Both the position numbers and the translations under genes were made by a program. From positions 12,090,001 through 12,154,000 of the forward strand of contig NC_086097.1 in assembly GCF_963921235.1 (NCBI RefSeq): a DNA stretch of 64,000 nt. The letters are read 5' to 3'. Shown here piece after piece: positions 53,539 through 64,000 of this stretch (the stretch's first letter is position 1; each line of letters opens with the position of its first letter). The notes beneath the pieces are model-generated. The model was not told the DNA's origin. It made no database searches and saw only the letters and a list, made by a program, of their open reading frames with translations. Origin of the DNA: Mobula hypostoma. Its lineage: Eukaryota.

Positions 53539-53919
53539 ACGTATATCAGTGATAATAAACCTGATTTTGGGCCATCTACTCTGCTCCTTCCAGCTTTTTG
53601 TGCTGCCCCAGATTCCAGCATCAACAGTATTTAATGTCACTCTAAGTTCCACCTCAGGACTATGGATGTACCATTGACGTACAATCAAGAATGAATTGGC
53701 AGGGTAGAGATACATCTCTACCAAAGGATGTGTAAGGTGCCCCTCCCTTCTGCTAGACCACAGGTCACCTTTGGGCAGAGCGTAACACCTGCTTAGCCCC
53801 CCCAATCAGGGTTACATGAAGTCATGGGAGCAGGTGGTGGATGGTTATACGAGCAGCTCGGCATATCACAAATCCTGGTTACGTGATCAGTGACGCCAGG
53901 CAGACAATCTCTGAAGAGT

Positions 53920-54573
53920 TTAGATTAGATTAGATTATGAGGACAGACAGTCCCCTTTTATTGTCATTTAGTAATGTGTGCATTAAGAAATGATACAATG
54001 TTTCTCCAGAATGATATCACAGAAACACATGACAAACCGACTGAAACACTGACAAAAACCACATAATTATAATATATAGTTACAACAGTGCAAAGCAATA
54101 CCGTAATTTGATAAAGAACAGACCATGGTACGGTAAAAGTCTCAAAGTCTCTCGAAAGTCCCATTACTTCACGCAGACGGTGAACCTCTAGCGCCGCCAA
54201 CTTGCCGATGCAGCATCCTGGAAGCATCCGACCACAGTCCGACTCCGAGTCCGTCCGAAAACTCCGAGCCTCCGACCAGCTCTCCGACACTGAGCACCGA
54301 GCACCGAGCACCATCTCTGCCGAGCACTTTGACCACTGCCCCAGCAACAGGCAATAGGCAAAGCCAAGGATTTGGGGCCTTCACCACTGGAGATTCTCGA
54401 CCACACAGTAGCAGCGGCAGCGAAGCGTGCATTTCAGAAGTTTCTCCAGGTGTTCCTCTGTGCTTCTCAGGGCTGTCTCCATCAAATTAGGATTGTGCAC
54501 GGCCCCTAGCTACACATATGATATCATTCGGAACGGCCGCACACACTGCGTCGCACCGCCATCTTCTCCTCCC
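53920..54573 (-). mobile_element. CpG-rich retroposon copy F, nested in an RTE-related element
   Basis: Splits ctgaagagt|attgataatggctggg of the host element; (ttaga)n tail and ccatcttctcctccc head. Confidence 0.88.
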
Positions 54574-54977
54574 TCTTCATATGCATTGATAATGGCTGGG
54601 TTCACTCGACTTGTAATATTCTCTCTGAATTTTTTCTCATCCCTGCAACACATACAAAATGTTGAAGGAACTCAGCAGGCCAGGCAGCATCTATGGAAAA
54701 AAGCGCAGTTGACGTTTCAGGCCGAAACCCTTGGGCAGGACTCTCGTTCTTATCCTTACCTGTTTTGTCAAGATGCTGCCCAGAAGAAGGCAATGGTAAA
54801 CCACTTCTGCAGAAAAATTTGCCAAGTGCAATCATGATCATGGAAAGATCATGATCATCCACGTCATATGACATGGCACCTAATGAATGACATCTGCGCA
54901 TTAATTCTAGCCATTAACCGAATCAAGGGATATGAAGATATGGTGAAAAGATGGAGACCAGCAACGATTTTGCTGAC

Positions 54978-55106
54978 CTCTGCATTTAATCCCTGTGTGA
55001 AACATTGAGCAAAATATATAGCTGCTTCTTTAAATGTCTTCTCCAGATTGACTTTGGGATCTTCATCAAACACTCTTGCCATAAAAGAGCAATCAGTCAC
55101 CGGATG
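54978..55106 (-). CDS. probable internal coding exon (129 nt): HPVTDCSFMARVFDEDPKVNLEKTFKEAAIYFAQCFTQGLNAE
   Basis: Acceptor gtcttttcaagttcag|CAT (alternative AG 5 nt upstream), donor GAG|gtcagc, protein-like open frame in unique sequence. Confidence 0.6.
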
Positions 55107-55969
55107 CTGAACTTGAAAAGACAGCCGACTTAATGTAACATTTATCCTTTAACAAGCAGGATTACACATTCTGCAATCTTTTTTAACAACTGAGCAAACT
55201 CAAGGTGTCATATGACCTACTCCTTTCGCTCCGTTTTCTCTTCATTTATATCTTTTCTAACCAGAAGCTTTGATACTCTACCTACCACAGTTTAGCAAGT
55301 GGCAGGCTTGCCAAACCTCAGTAGGTGCTCTTTTCAATATAGGTTAAAGAGGCAGCGATACTGGACAAGTTAGCACATTAGCAGGAAGGAAGGAAGTGGT
55401 GCAGCAAAATACAGTTTTCGATCTTGCACCGGCTTTTGCACTGCTGTGCAGGTAATATCTAGCTCCTTTATTCTGATATAAACGCAAGAGATTCTGTAGA
55501 TGCTGGAAATCCAGAGAAACGCATACGAAATGTTGGGAGAACTCAGCAGATTAGGCAGCATTTACAAAAAAGAGTAAACAGTTGATGCTTTGAGACGAGA
55601 CCCTTCATCAGGACTCATTGCAACGTAGTCCAGTCAGGCTTCACTGAAGTCTCTCCAGAACCAGAAGATCAAAACAAGTGTATATTTATCTCCTGGTACT
55701 CTGTTTATAGACTGCATAGTGTAGAAGAAGGCCGTTCAGACTTTTATAAGCAAGCCTGCTTTTTAGAAGAAGCTTTTCGACATGTTTTACTTCCTGGTTC
55801 TTCCTTCACATTCCCACAAATCAGAATCAGGTTTATTTTCAGTGACATACTATAAGTCATAAAATTTATTATTTTTGTGGCAGGAGTACAGGCAGGTATA
55901 ACCAAATTACTATAGTCACAATAAATAAATAAATACACTCATACATAAGTAGTTAGACATATAGATTAG

Positions 55970-57050
55970 ATGATAAGACGCAGAAGCAGAATTAGGCCAT
56001 TTTGGCCCATCAAATCTACTTGTCATTCCATCATGACTGATTTATTATCCTTCCCCACTTCATTCTCCTGCCTTCTCACTGTAACCTTAGAAGCCTTTGC
56101 TAATCAAGAACTTATCAACCTCCACTTAAAAATATACCCAATGACTTGACCTCCACAGCTGTCTATGGCAATTATTTCCACAGATTCACCACCCTCTGGC
56201 TAAAGAAATTCCCCTTCACCTCTGTTCCAAAGGAACATCTTCCCTAATGTTGGGTCTCCACCCGAAACATTGACTGTACTCTTTTCAATTAGATGTGGCC
56301 TGGCGTCTCAAGTTCCTCCAGCATTTTGTTTCTGTTCTGAAGCTGTGCCCTCTGGTCCTGGATTTCCCCACTATCGGAAACGTCCTCTCTACATCCACTC
56401 TTTCAAAGCCTTTTTATATTCAATAGGCTTCAAGAAGGTCCTCCCCATTCTTCTAAATTCCAGTGAGTACAGACTTAGAGCCTTCAAATGCTCCTCCTGC
56501 ATTTGTTTGTCTGTTCATTATGCACTGTGTTGTATGACAAAGGCGATCATGGTCTTTCCATGACCATGAGTGTTCTTGGCAATTTTTTCTACGTTAACAC
56601 TTTCATTTTTCCCAGGAGCATTCTTGTGAACCTCCTCTGGGCCTTCTCCAATGCCAATCCTTTCTTTGATATGGGGCCTAAAACTGCTCACAATACTCCA
56701 AGTGCAACCTGTCCAACATCTTATAACACTTCAGCATCACATCCTTGCTGTCATACTCTAGTGCTCTCCAAATGAATCCTAACATTGCTTTTGCCTTTCT
56801 TACCACCTACTCAACCAGCAGGTTAACTTTTAGGGCATCCTGGACAAAACTCTGCTCCTCTGAATTTTGAATTTTCTCCCTGTTTCAAAAATGGTCTGCA
56901 CCATTATTCCTTCTACCAAAGAGTATGATGGTACACTTCACTACAATGTCACTTTGTTGCCCACTTTCCTAACCTGTCTAAATTCTTCTGCAGACTCCCT
57001 GCTCCCTCAGAACTACCTGTTCCCCCACCCCCTGCCTACTTTTGTATTGT
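55970..57050 (-). mobile_element. old CR1 3' fragment with nested short repeats
   Basis: Tail at ~55975; ttccacagattcaccaccctctggctaaagaaatt; aaactgctcacaatactcc. Confidence 0.8.
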
Positions 57051-57490
57051 CCACTAGCCAGATAGATAGAGCAAAAGAGGAACAACAATGTAGTTTTCCA
57101 TGACTTCCTGGACCATTCAGAGATCTGATGAGGGCACACCCCAGATGGTGATGATCCTCCATGATGGATGCCAACTTCTTGATTTGCCTTCGTTTGAAGA
57201 TGTCCTCGAGGGAGGCGAGGATTTATTGTGACAGAGCCGCCTGATTCCCTCTGAAGTCTCTTATAATCCTCTGCATTGATGCCTCCCTACCAGACGGTGA
57301 TGCAACCCATCAGATTGTTCTCCATGGTACACTGTTAGTAATCTACTAGAGTTCTTTGGTGACACACCAAATGGCTTTGACAGTTTGATTGCAAAATGCT
57401 AGCAATCAATTTGTAGAGCATTTATGTTGAGGCAAGTAAAAGTGACTAGTGTTAAGGCGGTCGAAATAATAGAATAAGAGTAAACATATA

Positions 57491-58103
57491 GGGAGGAGAA
57501 GATGGCGGCGCGCCGCGTGTGCGCAGCTCTCCGGTGAAAATGATATCGTATCTGTTAAATAGAGGCCGTGAACAATTCTGATTTGATGGAGAATGGACGT
57601 AAAAACACAGAGGAACATCTGGAGAAATTTCTGAAACGCCCGTTCACTGCTGTCGTTACTGCATGGTCGGGAATCTTTTGGAGGTAGGCCTCAAAATCCC
57701 CGGCCTTGCCTGCTTTTGGCAATCGAGAAGGAGGTCGAATCGTTCGGACAGAGATGGCGCTCAGTACTCGGTGTCGGAGAGCTGATCAGAGCTCGAAGTT
57801 TTCGGATGACTCAGAGTCGGATTGTGGTCGGCGTGGCAGGGAGAGTTTTTCTCCCTTCTCCCGTCTGTGTGAGATGTGGGACATTTGAGAAACTTTGAAC
57901 TTTACTGTGCTCACGGACTTCTTCATCAAGTTATGGTATTGTTACACTGTTTGTAACTATATGTTATAATTATGTGGTTTTGTCGTTTTTTCAGTCTTGG
58001 TTTGTCCTGTGTTTTGTGATATCACACCGGAGGAAATAATGTATCATTTCTTAATGCATGCTTTACTAAATGACAATAAAAGCGGACTACGTGTGTTCAT
58101 AAT
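57491..58103 (+). mobile_element. CpG-rich retroposon copy G (full length)
   Basis: Head gggaggagaagatggcggcgcg; 8-bp TSD catatagg at 57485-57492 and 58104-58111. Confidence 0.9.
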
Positions 58104-58266
58104 CATATAGGTAAAATTAAATCGTTGCTGAGCATGGTTTGTAACGACACTTGGTGCACACATTTTTTTGCAGAGGGGTCAGATTAACAATCTAAAACAA
58201 TTCCGAGGACAGAAAGATTTTGTTCTTCATTGTTCCAGGGTATATCTTCCAAACAACACTGCAATA

Positions 58267-59050
58267 TTATTCTCAACAAATACAGCAGGACCTGGACAAT
58301 ATCCAGGCTTGGGCTGACAAGTGGCACGTAACATTCGGGCCACGCAAGTGCCAGTAAGAGAGGCTCTAACTGTCATCCCTTCAGTGGTATCACCATCACT
58401 GAATCCCCTAATATCAACATCCATTGACAGGAAACTGAACTGAAACACCGTGGCTACCAGAGCAGGTCATAGGCTAGGAATCCTGTGGCATGTAACTCAC
58501 CTCTTGACTCCCCAAAGCCTGTCCACTATCTACAAGGCTCAGGTCAGGAGTGTATTGGAACACTTGCCACTCGCCTGGATGAGGGCAGCTCCATCAACAC
58601 TCAAGAAACTAGACACCATCCACTACAAAGTAGCCCACTTGATTGGTACCCCTTCCACAAGCATCCAATCCCTCCACTATTGACGAACAGTTGCAGCAGT
58701 GAGTATTATCTACAAGATGCACTGCAACAACACACCAAAGTTCCTAAGACAACACCTTCCAGACCCACGACCACGACCATCTAGAAGGACGTGAACAGCA
58801 GATACCTGGGAACACCATCACTTGGAAATCACCCTCCAAGTCACTCGGCATCATGACTTGAAGATATATCACCGTTCCTTCATTGTCAAAATCATGGAAT
58901 TCCCTCTCTAACAGCACTGTGAGTGTACCTAAACATGGAAATGCAGCAGTTCAAGAAGGCAGCTCATCACCAATATCTCAAGGGTAACTAGGGCTACGGA
59001 ATAAATGCTGGATTAGCTGGCAACACCCACATCTCCTAAATTAATAAATT
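58267..59050 (+). mobile_element. older CR1/L2-group LINE 3' end (fragments also ~59581-59655 and 63255-63540)
   Basis: TIYKAQVRSVLEH..AW..LKKLDTIH..LIG; ends aataaatgctgg..cccacatc..aataaa. Confidence 0.75.
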
Positions 59051-59835
59051 AAAAAATATATACTCTTGCTTCCCCTCTTTTCTTACCTTGCATGTCTTCC
59101 CTGAGCATTTTGTATCCCAAAGTATTTGGAATCCACAGCAATTGTAAGGCTCTTGAAACTTTTGATGCTTGCTTACAACTCATCAAACGTTTTCAAGAAA
59201 ATATTTTTAGAGAACAGATGGTTAACGTTGGGAATGTATTGTCAGTAGTGGTACTGAAGGCAGATTAAACTGTAATGTTCATGGGAGAGATGGATAAATA
59301 TCTGAAAGGAAAAACCTACAGAGCTACAGGCAAAATTGTTTTCTTTTAAAGTTCTAACATCAAATGCAAATCCCACAGTAGAGCAGCATGTACAATTGCA
59401 GCCTCACATTTGCAGTGACCCATAGTCGATCCTAACCTCTGTTGTCTGTGCGAAGTTTCTGACTTTCTCATGTGGTCATGTGCACTTCCATCATGTGTTC
59501 CATTTTCCTCCCACATCCCAAGGACGTCTTAATTGGATCAGGATCAGAACCACAGAACTCAGTATGTGTGTATACATACATAGGCTAGGAATCCTTCAGC
59601 GAGTAACTCACCTCTTGACTCCCCAAAGCCTGTCCACCATCCACAAGGCTCAGGTATGTATGTATACATCTACAGACATACTCTCTTGATTAAGGGTCTT
59701 GACCGAAAATGTCAACTGTTCATTTCCCTCCATTGATGCTGCCTGACTTCCTGAGTTCCACCAACTTTTTATTTATGTGGTTTTAGTAAGTCCAGTGGGT
59801 GAAGGAGGCAGATAAATGCACCTGTGGAGAATACA

Positions 59836-61381
59836 TAGAAACATAAACATAGAAACATAGAAAATAGGTGCAGGAGTAGGCCATTTGGCCCTTCGAGCCT
59901 GCACCGCCATTTATTATGATCATGGCTGATCATCCACCTCAGAACCCTGCCCCAGCCTTCCCTCCATACCCCCTGATCCCCATAGCCACAAGGGCCATAT
60001 CTAACTCCCTCTTAAATATAGCCAATGAACTGGCCTCAACTGTTTCCTGTGGCAGAGAATTCCACAGATTCACCACTCTCTGTGTGAAGAAGTTTTTCCT
60101 AATCTCGGTCCTAAAAGGCTTTCCCTTTATCCTCAAACTGTGACCCCTCGTTCTGGACTTCCCCAACATCCGGAACAATCTTCCTGCATCTAGCCTGTCC
60201 AATCCCTTTAGGATTTTATACGTTTCAATCAGATCCCCCCTCAATCTTCTAAATTCCAACGAGTACAAGCCTAGTTCATCCAGTCTTTCTTCATATGAAA
60301 GTCCTGCCATCCCAGGAATCAATCTGGTGAACCTTCTTTGTACTCCCTCTATGGCAAGGATGTCTTTCCTCAGATTAGGGGACCAAAACTGCACACAATA
60401 CTCCAGGTGTGGTCTCACCAAGGCCTTGTACAACTGCAGTAGTACCTCCCTGCTCCTGTACTCGAATCCTCTTGCTATAAATGCCAGCATACCATTCGCC
60501 TTTTTCACTGCCTGCTGTACCTGCATGCCCACTTTCAATGACTGGTGTATAATGACACCCAGGTCTTGTTGCACATCCCCTTTTCCTAATCGGCCACCAT
60601 TCAGATAATAATCTGTTTTCCTATTTTTGCCACCAAAGTGGATAACTTCACATTTACCCACATTAAATTGCATCTGCCATGAATTTGCCCACTCACCCAA
60701 CCTATCCAAGTCACTCTGCATCCTCTTAGCATCCTCCTCACAGCTAACACCGCCACCCAGCTTCGTGTCATCTGCAAACTTGGAGATGCTGCATTTAATT
60801 CCCTCATCCAAGTCATTAATATATATTGTAAACAACTGGGGTCCCAGCACTGAACCTTGCGGTACCCCACTAGTCACCGCCTGCCATTCTGAAAAGGTCC
60901 CGTTTATTCCCACTCTTTGCTTCCTGTCTGCTAACCAATTCTCTATCCACATCAATACCTTACCCCCAATACCATGTGCTTTAAGTTTGCACACTAATCT
61001 CCTGTGTGGGACCTTGTCAAAAGCCTTTTGAAAATCCAAATATACCACATCCACTGGTTCTCCCCTATCCACTCTACTAGTTACATCCTCAAAAAATTCT
61101 ATGAGATTCGTCAGACATGATTTTCCTTTCACAAATCCATGCTGACTTTGTCCGATGATTTCACCGCTTTTCAAATGTGCTGTTATCACATCTTTGATAA
61201 CTGACTCCAGCAGTTTCCCCACCACCGACGTTAGGCTAACCGGTCTATAATTCCCCGGTTTCTCTCTCCCTCCTTTTTTAAAAAGTGGGGTTACATTAGC
61301 CACCCTCCAATCCTCAGGAACTAGTCCAGAATCTAACGAGTTTTGAAAAATTATCACTAATGCATCCACTATGCATTATGT
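59836..61381 (-). mobile_element. young 5'-truncated CR1 with an uninterrupted RT ORF (59939-61369, 476 aa)
   Basis: YRPVSLTS, SQHGF, YLDFQKAFD, SGVPQGSVLGP, KFADDTK, RPHLEY; (ctatgttt)n tail; TSD aataca at 59830-59835 and 61382-61387. Confidence 0.97.
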
Positions 61382-61446
61382 AATACAAAACTAAGTTGTA
61401 TCTACCTTCATGCAAGGAACCTTACTACGAATGCAGATATCTGAGG

Positions 61447-61625
61447 GTTGCTAGTTCGAGCCTCAGCTGAGGCAACATGTTCTGTCCTTGTGCAAGGCAC
61501 TTAACCACACATTGCTCTGCGATGACACTGGTGCCAAGCTGTATCAGCCCTAGTGCCCTTCCCTTGGACAACATTGATGGCGTGGAGAGGGGAGACTTGC
61601 TGCATGGGCAACTGCCGGTCTTCAA
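61447..61625 (+). mobile_element. SINE fragment (tRNA-like head)
   Basis: B-box-like agttcgagcc followed by tgtccttgtgcaaggcacttaacc. Confidence 0.55.
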
Positions 61626-61921
61626 CAATCACCTGAATGTAACAAGGAAAATGAAGATTTGGGGGATGCAATCATTGACAGCATTGTATGAAGGAAGTCC
61701 ATTATCTGCACAAGGAGTTTGGTCTGATTTTTGTTCATTTACAATCAAAATGAATTCTTCTGTCATTAAATATTACGAATTAACACACAGTTTTATAGAA
61801 CTGTCATAGTATTAGTTGTACTGTTGCCTCAGAACAACACATTTCACAACATATGTCAGTTATAATAAACTTGTTTCAGGTTCTGAATCTGATTCAATTA
61901 GGACATCTTTGCATATATGTA

Positions 61922-62050
61922 CACTCAGTGGCTGCTTTGTTATGTACACCTGCTGGTTAATGCAAATATCTAATCAGCCTTATATGTAGCAACAACTCAA
62001 TGTATAAAAGCATGCAGACATGCAAAATGTTCAATTGTTGTTCAGACAAC
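61922..62050 (+). mobile_element. Tc1-like left-end fragment
   Basis: TA|cactcagtggctgctttgttatgtacacctgc, homologous to 51739. Confidence 0.75.
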
Positions 62051-63723
62051 TTCACCATGGTCAGTCAGCATCTATGGAGGGGAACAAACAGTCCATGTTT
62101 CTTGATGATAGAGGGTCTTGACCAAAAATGTCAATTGTTCATTTCCCTCCATTGATGTTGCCTGACTTCCTGAGTCCCACCAACTTTTTACTTGTGTGGC
62201 TTTAGTAAGTCCAGTGGGTGAAAGAGGCTGATAAATGCACCTGTGGGGAATAAAAACTAAGTTGTATCTACCTTCATGCAAGGAGCCTTTCTACGAATGC
62301 AGATAAACTCAAAGCTTTAGTTAGTAAGTGGGACTATAACACTGTTTCCATCACTGACACATAGTTTAAAGTTGGTGGGGACTAGCAACTCAGTATTCTG
62401 GAATGTAGAAATTTCAGGTGAGGCAGAAGGAGGGTGCAAAAGAGGAGATGACATTGTGCTATTAGCCAAGGATTCCATTGCTTCAGTATTAAGGGAAGAT
62501 ATTCTTAGAGGCTTCTCAGTTTGTGGATGACAGTAAGATTAGGACAGCAAGAAAGGCTATCAAAGCTTGCAAACTGATCTGGATCAGCTGAGAAAATGGG
62601 CTGAAAAGTGGCTCATGGAAGTTAATGCAGACATATGAGGTGTTATACTTTCAGATGACAAACCAAGGTTAAACTTACACAGTGAATAACTGGGATGTAT
62701 GGTAAAATAAAGGGATTCGGAATACAGATCCATACTTCCTTGAAAGTAGTACCACAGGTACATAGGGTCGGTCATAAAGAGAGCTTTATAAATCAGGTCA
62801 CTGAGTACAAGAGTTGAGATGTTACGTCGAAGCTGCATAATTGATTTTAGAGATACAGTATGGAAATGGCCCTTCAGGCCCTTCGAACTGCGTGGCCCAG
62901 CAACCCCTAACAATCTTCGATTTAACCCTAACCTAATCACGGTACAATTTATAATGACCAGTTAACCAACTAATTGGTCTTTGGTCTGTGGGAGAAAACC
63001 AGAGCACTTGGAGAAAACCCACCCCAGAGAAAAAGTACAGATTCCTTACAGAGGATGCTGGGATTGATCTCTGAACTCCGAGCTGTAATGCCGTTGTGCC
63101 AACCACTACACTACCCTGGTACCCAATAAGACGTTGGTGAGGCTAAATTTAGAGTATTGTGTGTAGTTCTGGTCACCTACTTAAGGGGAATATATCAATA
63201 AGCTTGAAAGAATGCAGAGAAAATTTATAAGGATGTTGCTAAGAATTGAAGACCCACAGCAACGCACCAAGATTCCTCTGACAATACCTTCCAAACTCAC
63301 AGCATATATGGGGATCTAATAACATAATTTTCTCGGGGTATAGAAGGACAAATGTAACAATAGCAGGGAATACCTCCAGCTGGAAATTGCCCTCTATGCC
63401 ACACACCGTCATGATTTGAAAATACATTGCTGTTCCTTTCCCATCACTGAGCTAAAGCCTTTGAACTTCCTCCCTAACAGCTTTGTAGGCATACCCAAAG
63501 TACAAGGACTACAGTGGTTCAAGAAGACATTTCACCATCGCCTGACAAAATGCTGGAGGAACTCAGCAGGTCAAGCAGCATCTATGGAAAACAATAAACA
63601 ATTTATGTAGCAACTGTTTATTCCTCTCCATAGATGCTGTCTGACCTGCTGAGTTCCTCCAGCATTTTGTATGTGTTACTCTGGATTTACTGCATCTGCA
63701 GAATCTCTGGTGTTCACCATTAC

Positions 63724-63799
63724 CATCTCAACAACACCTAGTGATGGGCAACTAAATGATAGCTCTGTTCTTGAATGGGCCAGATGGCCGCCTTCTGTA
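63724..63799 (-). CDS. candidate internal exon (76 nt): TEGGHLAHSRTELSFSCPSLGVVEM
   Basis: Acceptor ttgtatttctctacag|T, donor ATG|gtaatg; phase 2 to 0, compatible with the 55106 exon. Confidence 0.45.
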
Positions 63800-64000
63800 C
63801 TGTAGAGAAATACAAAGTATTCGCATGAAACAAGGTCCAGGAATGCTTTAATCAGTTGTTTTCTGGCATCAACATAACAATTCAGATCATGCATTTTAAA
63901 CTAACAAAGACTGGTTTATCAAGAACAATGCCGAAGGAGATACAATGATGACCAGAAACTGACGCTGTATGTCTTGATCTGCATTTTGATAACATATAGA

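Noticed and set aside
53335..53805. 156-aa ORF
   Set aside because: Runs across RTE-type, short-repeat and Tc1 sequence; spurious
59939..61369. 476-aa RT as a domesticated gene or autonomous element
   Set aside because: 5'-truncated CR1 with TSD and tail; no endonuclease or ORF1

Overview
Eukaryotic, repeat-dominated vertebrate DNA. The repeat set (CR1 with esterase ORF1, HE1/V-type tRNA SINEs, Rex1/Babar, fish-type L1, RTE derivatives, Penelope-like remnants, Tc1, Harbinger) points to a cartilaginous fish, probably a ray (inference). Most ORFs in the supplied track are decayed retrotransposon fragments or noise. Between the repeats are the 3' exons of an unidentified minus-strand gene. Three of them have phase-compatible splice sites (35661-35792, 34552-34600, 34266-34428), and there are likely upstream exons at 54978-55106 and 63724-63799. 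Main points of interest: (1) a dispersed short repeat with a minimal hammerhead-ribozyme core, intact at 51554-51589, linked to a Penelope GIY-YIG remnant and often arranged as inverted pairs; (2) a CpG-rich ~600-670 bp non-coding retroposon family without a tRNA head, with 7 copies; (3) a non-autonomous Harbinger with a protein remnant; (4) a young CR1 insertion whose empty site survives in a local duplication; (5) an intronic inverted duplication. Repeat boundaries were read by eye and are approximate unless a TSD or splice site is quoted.
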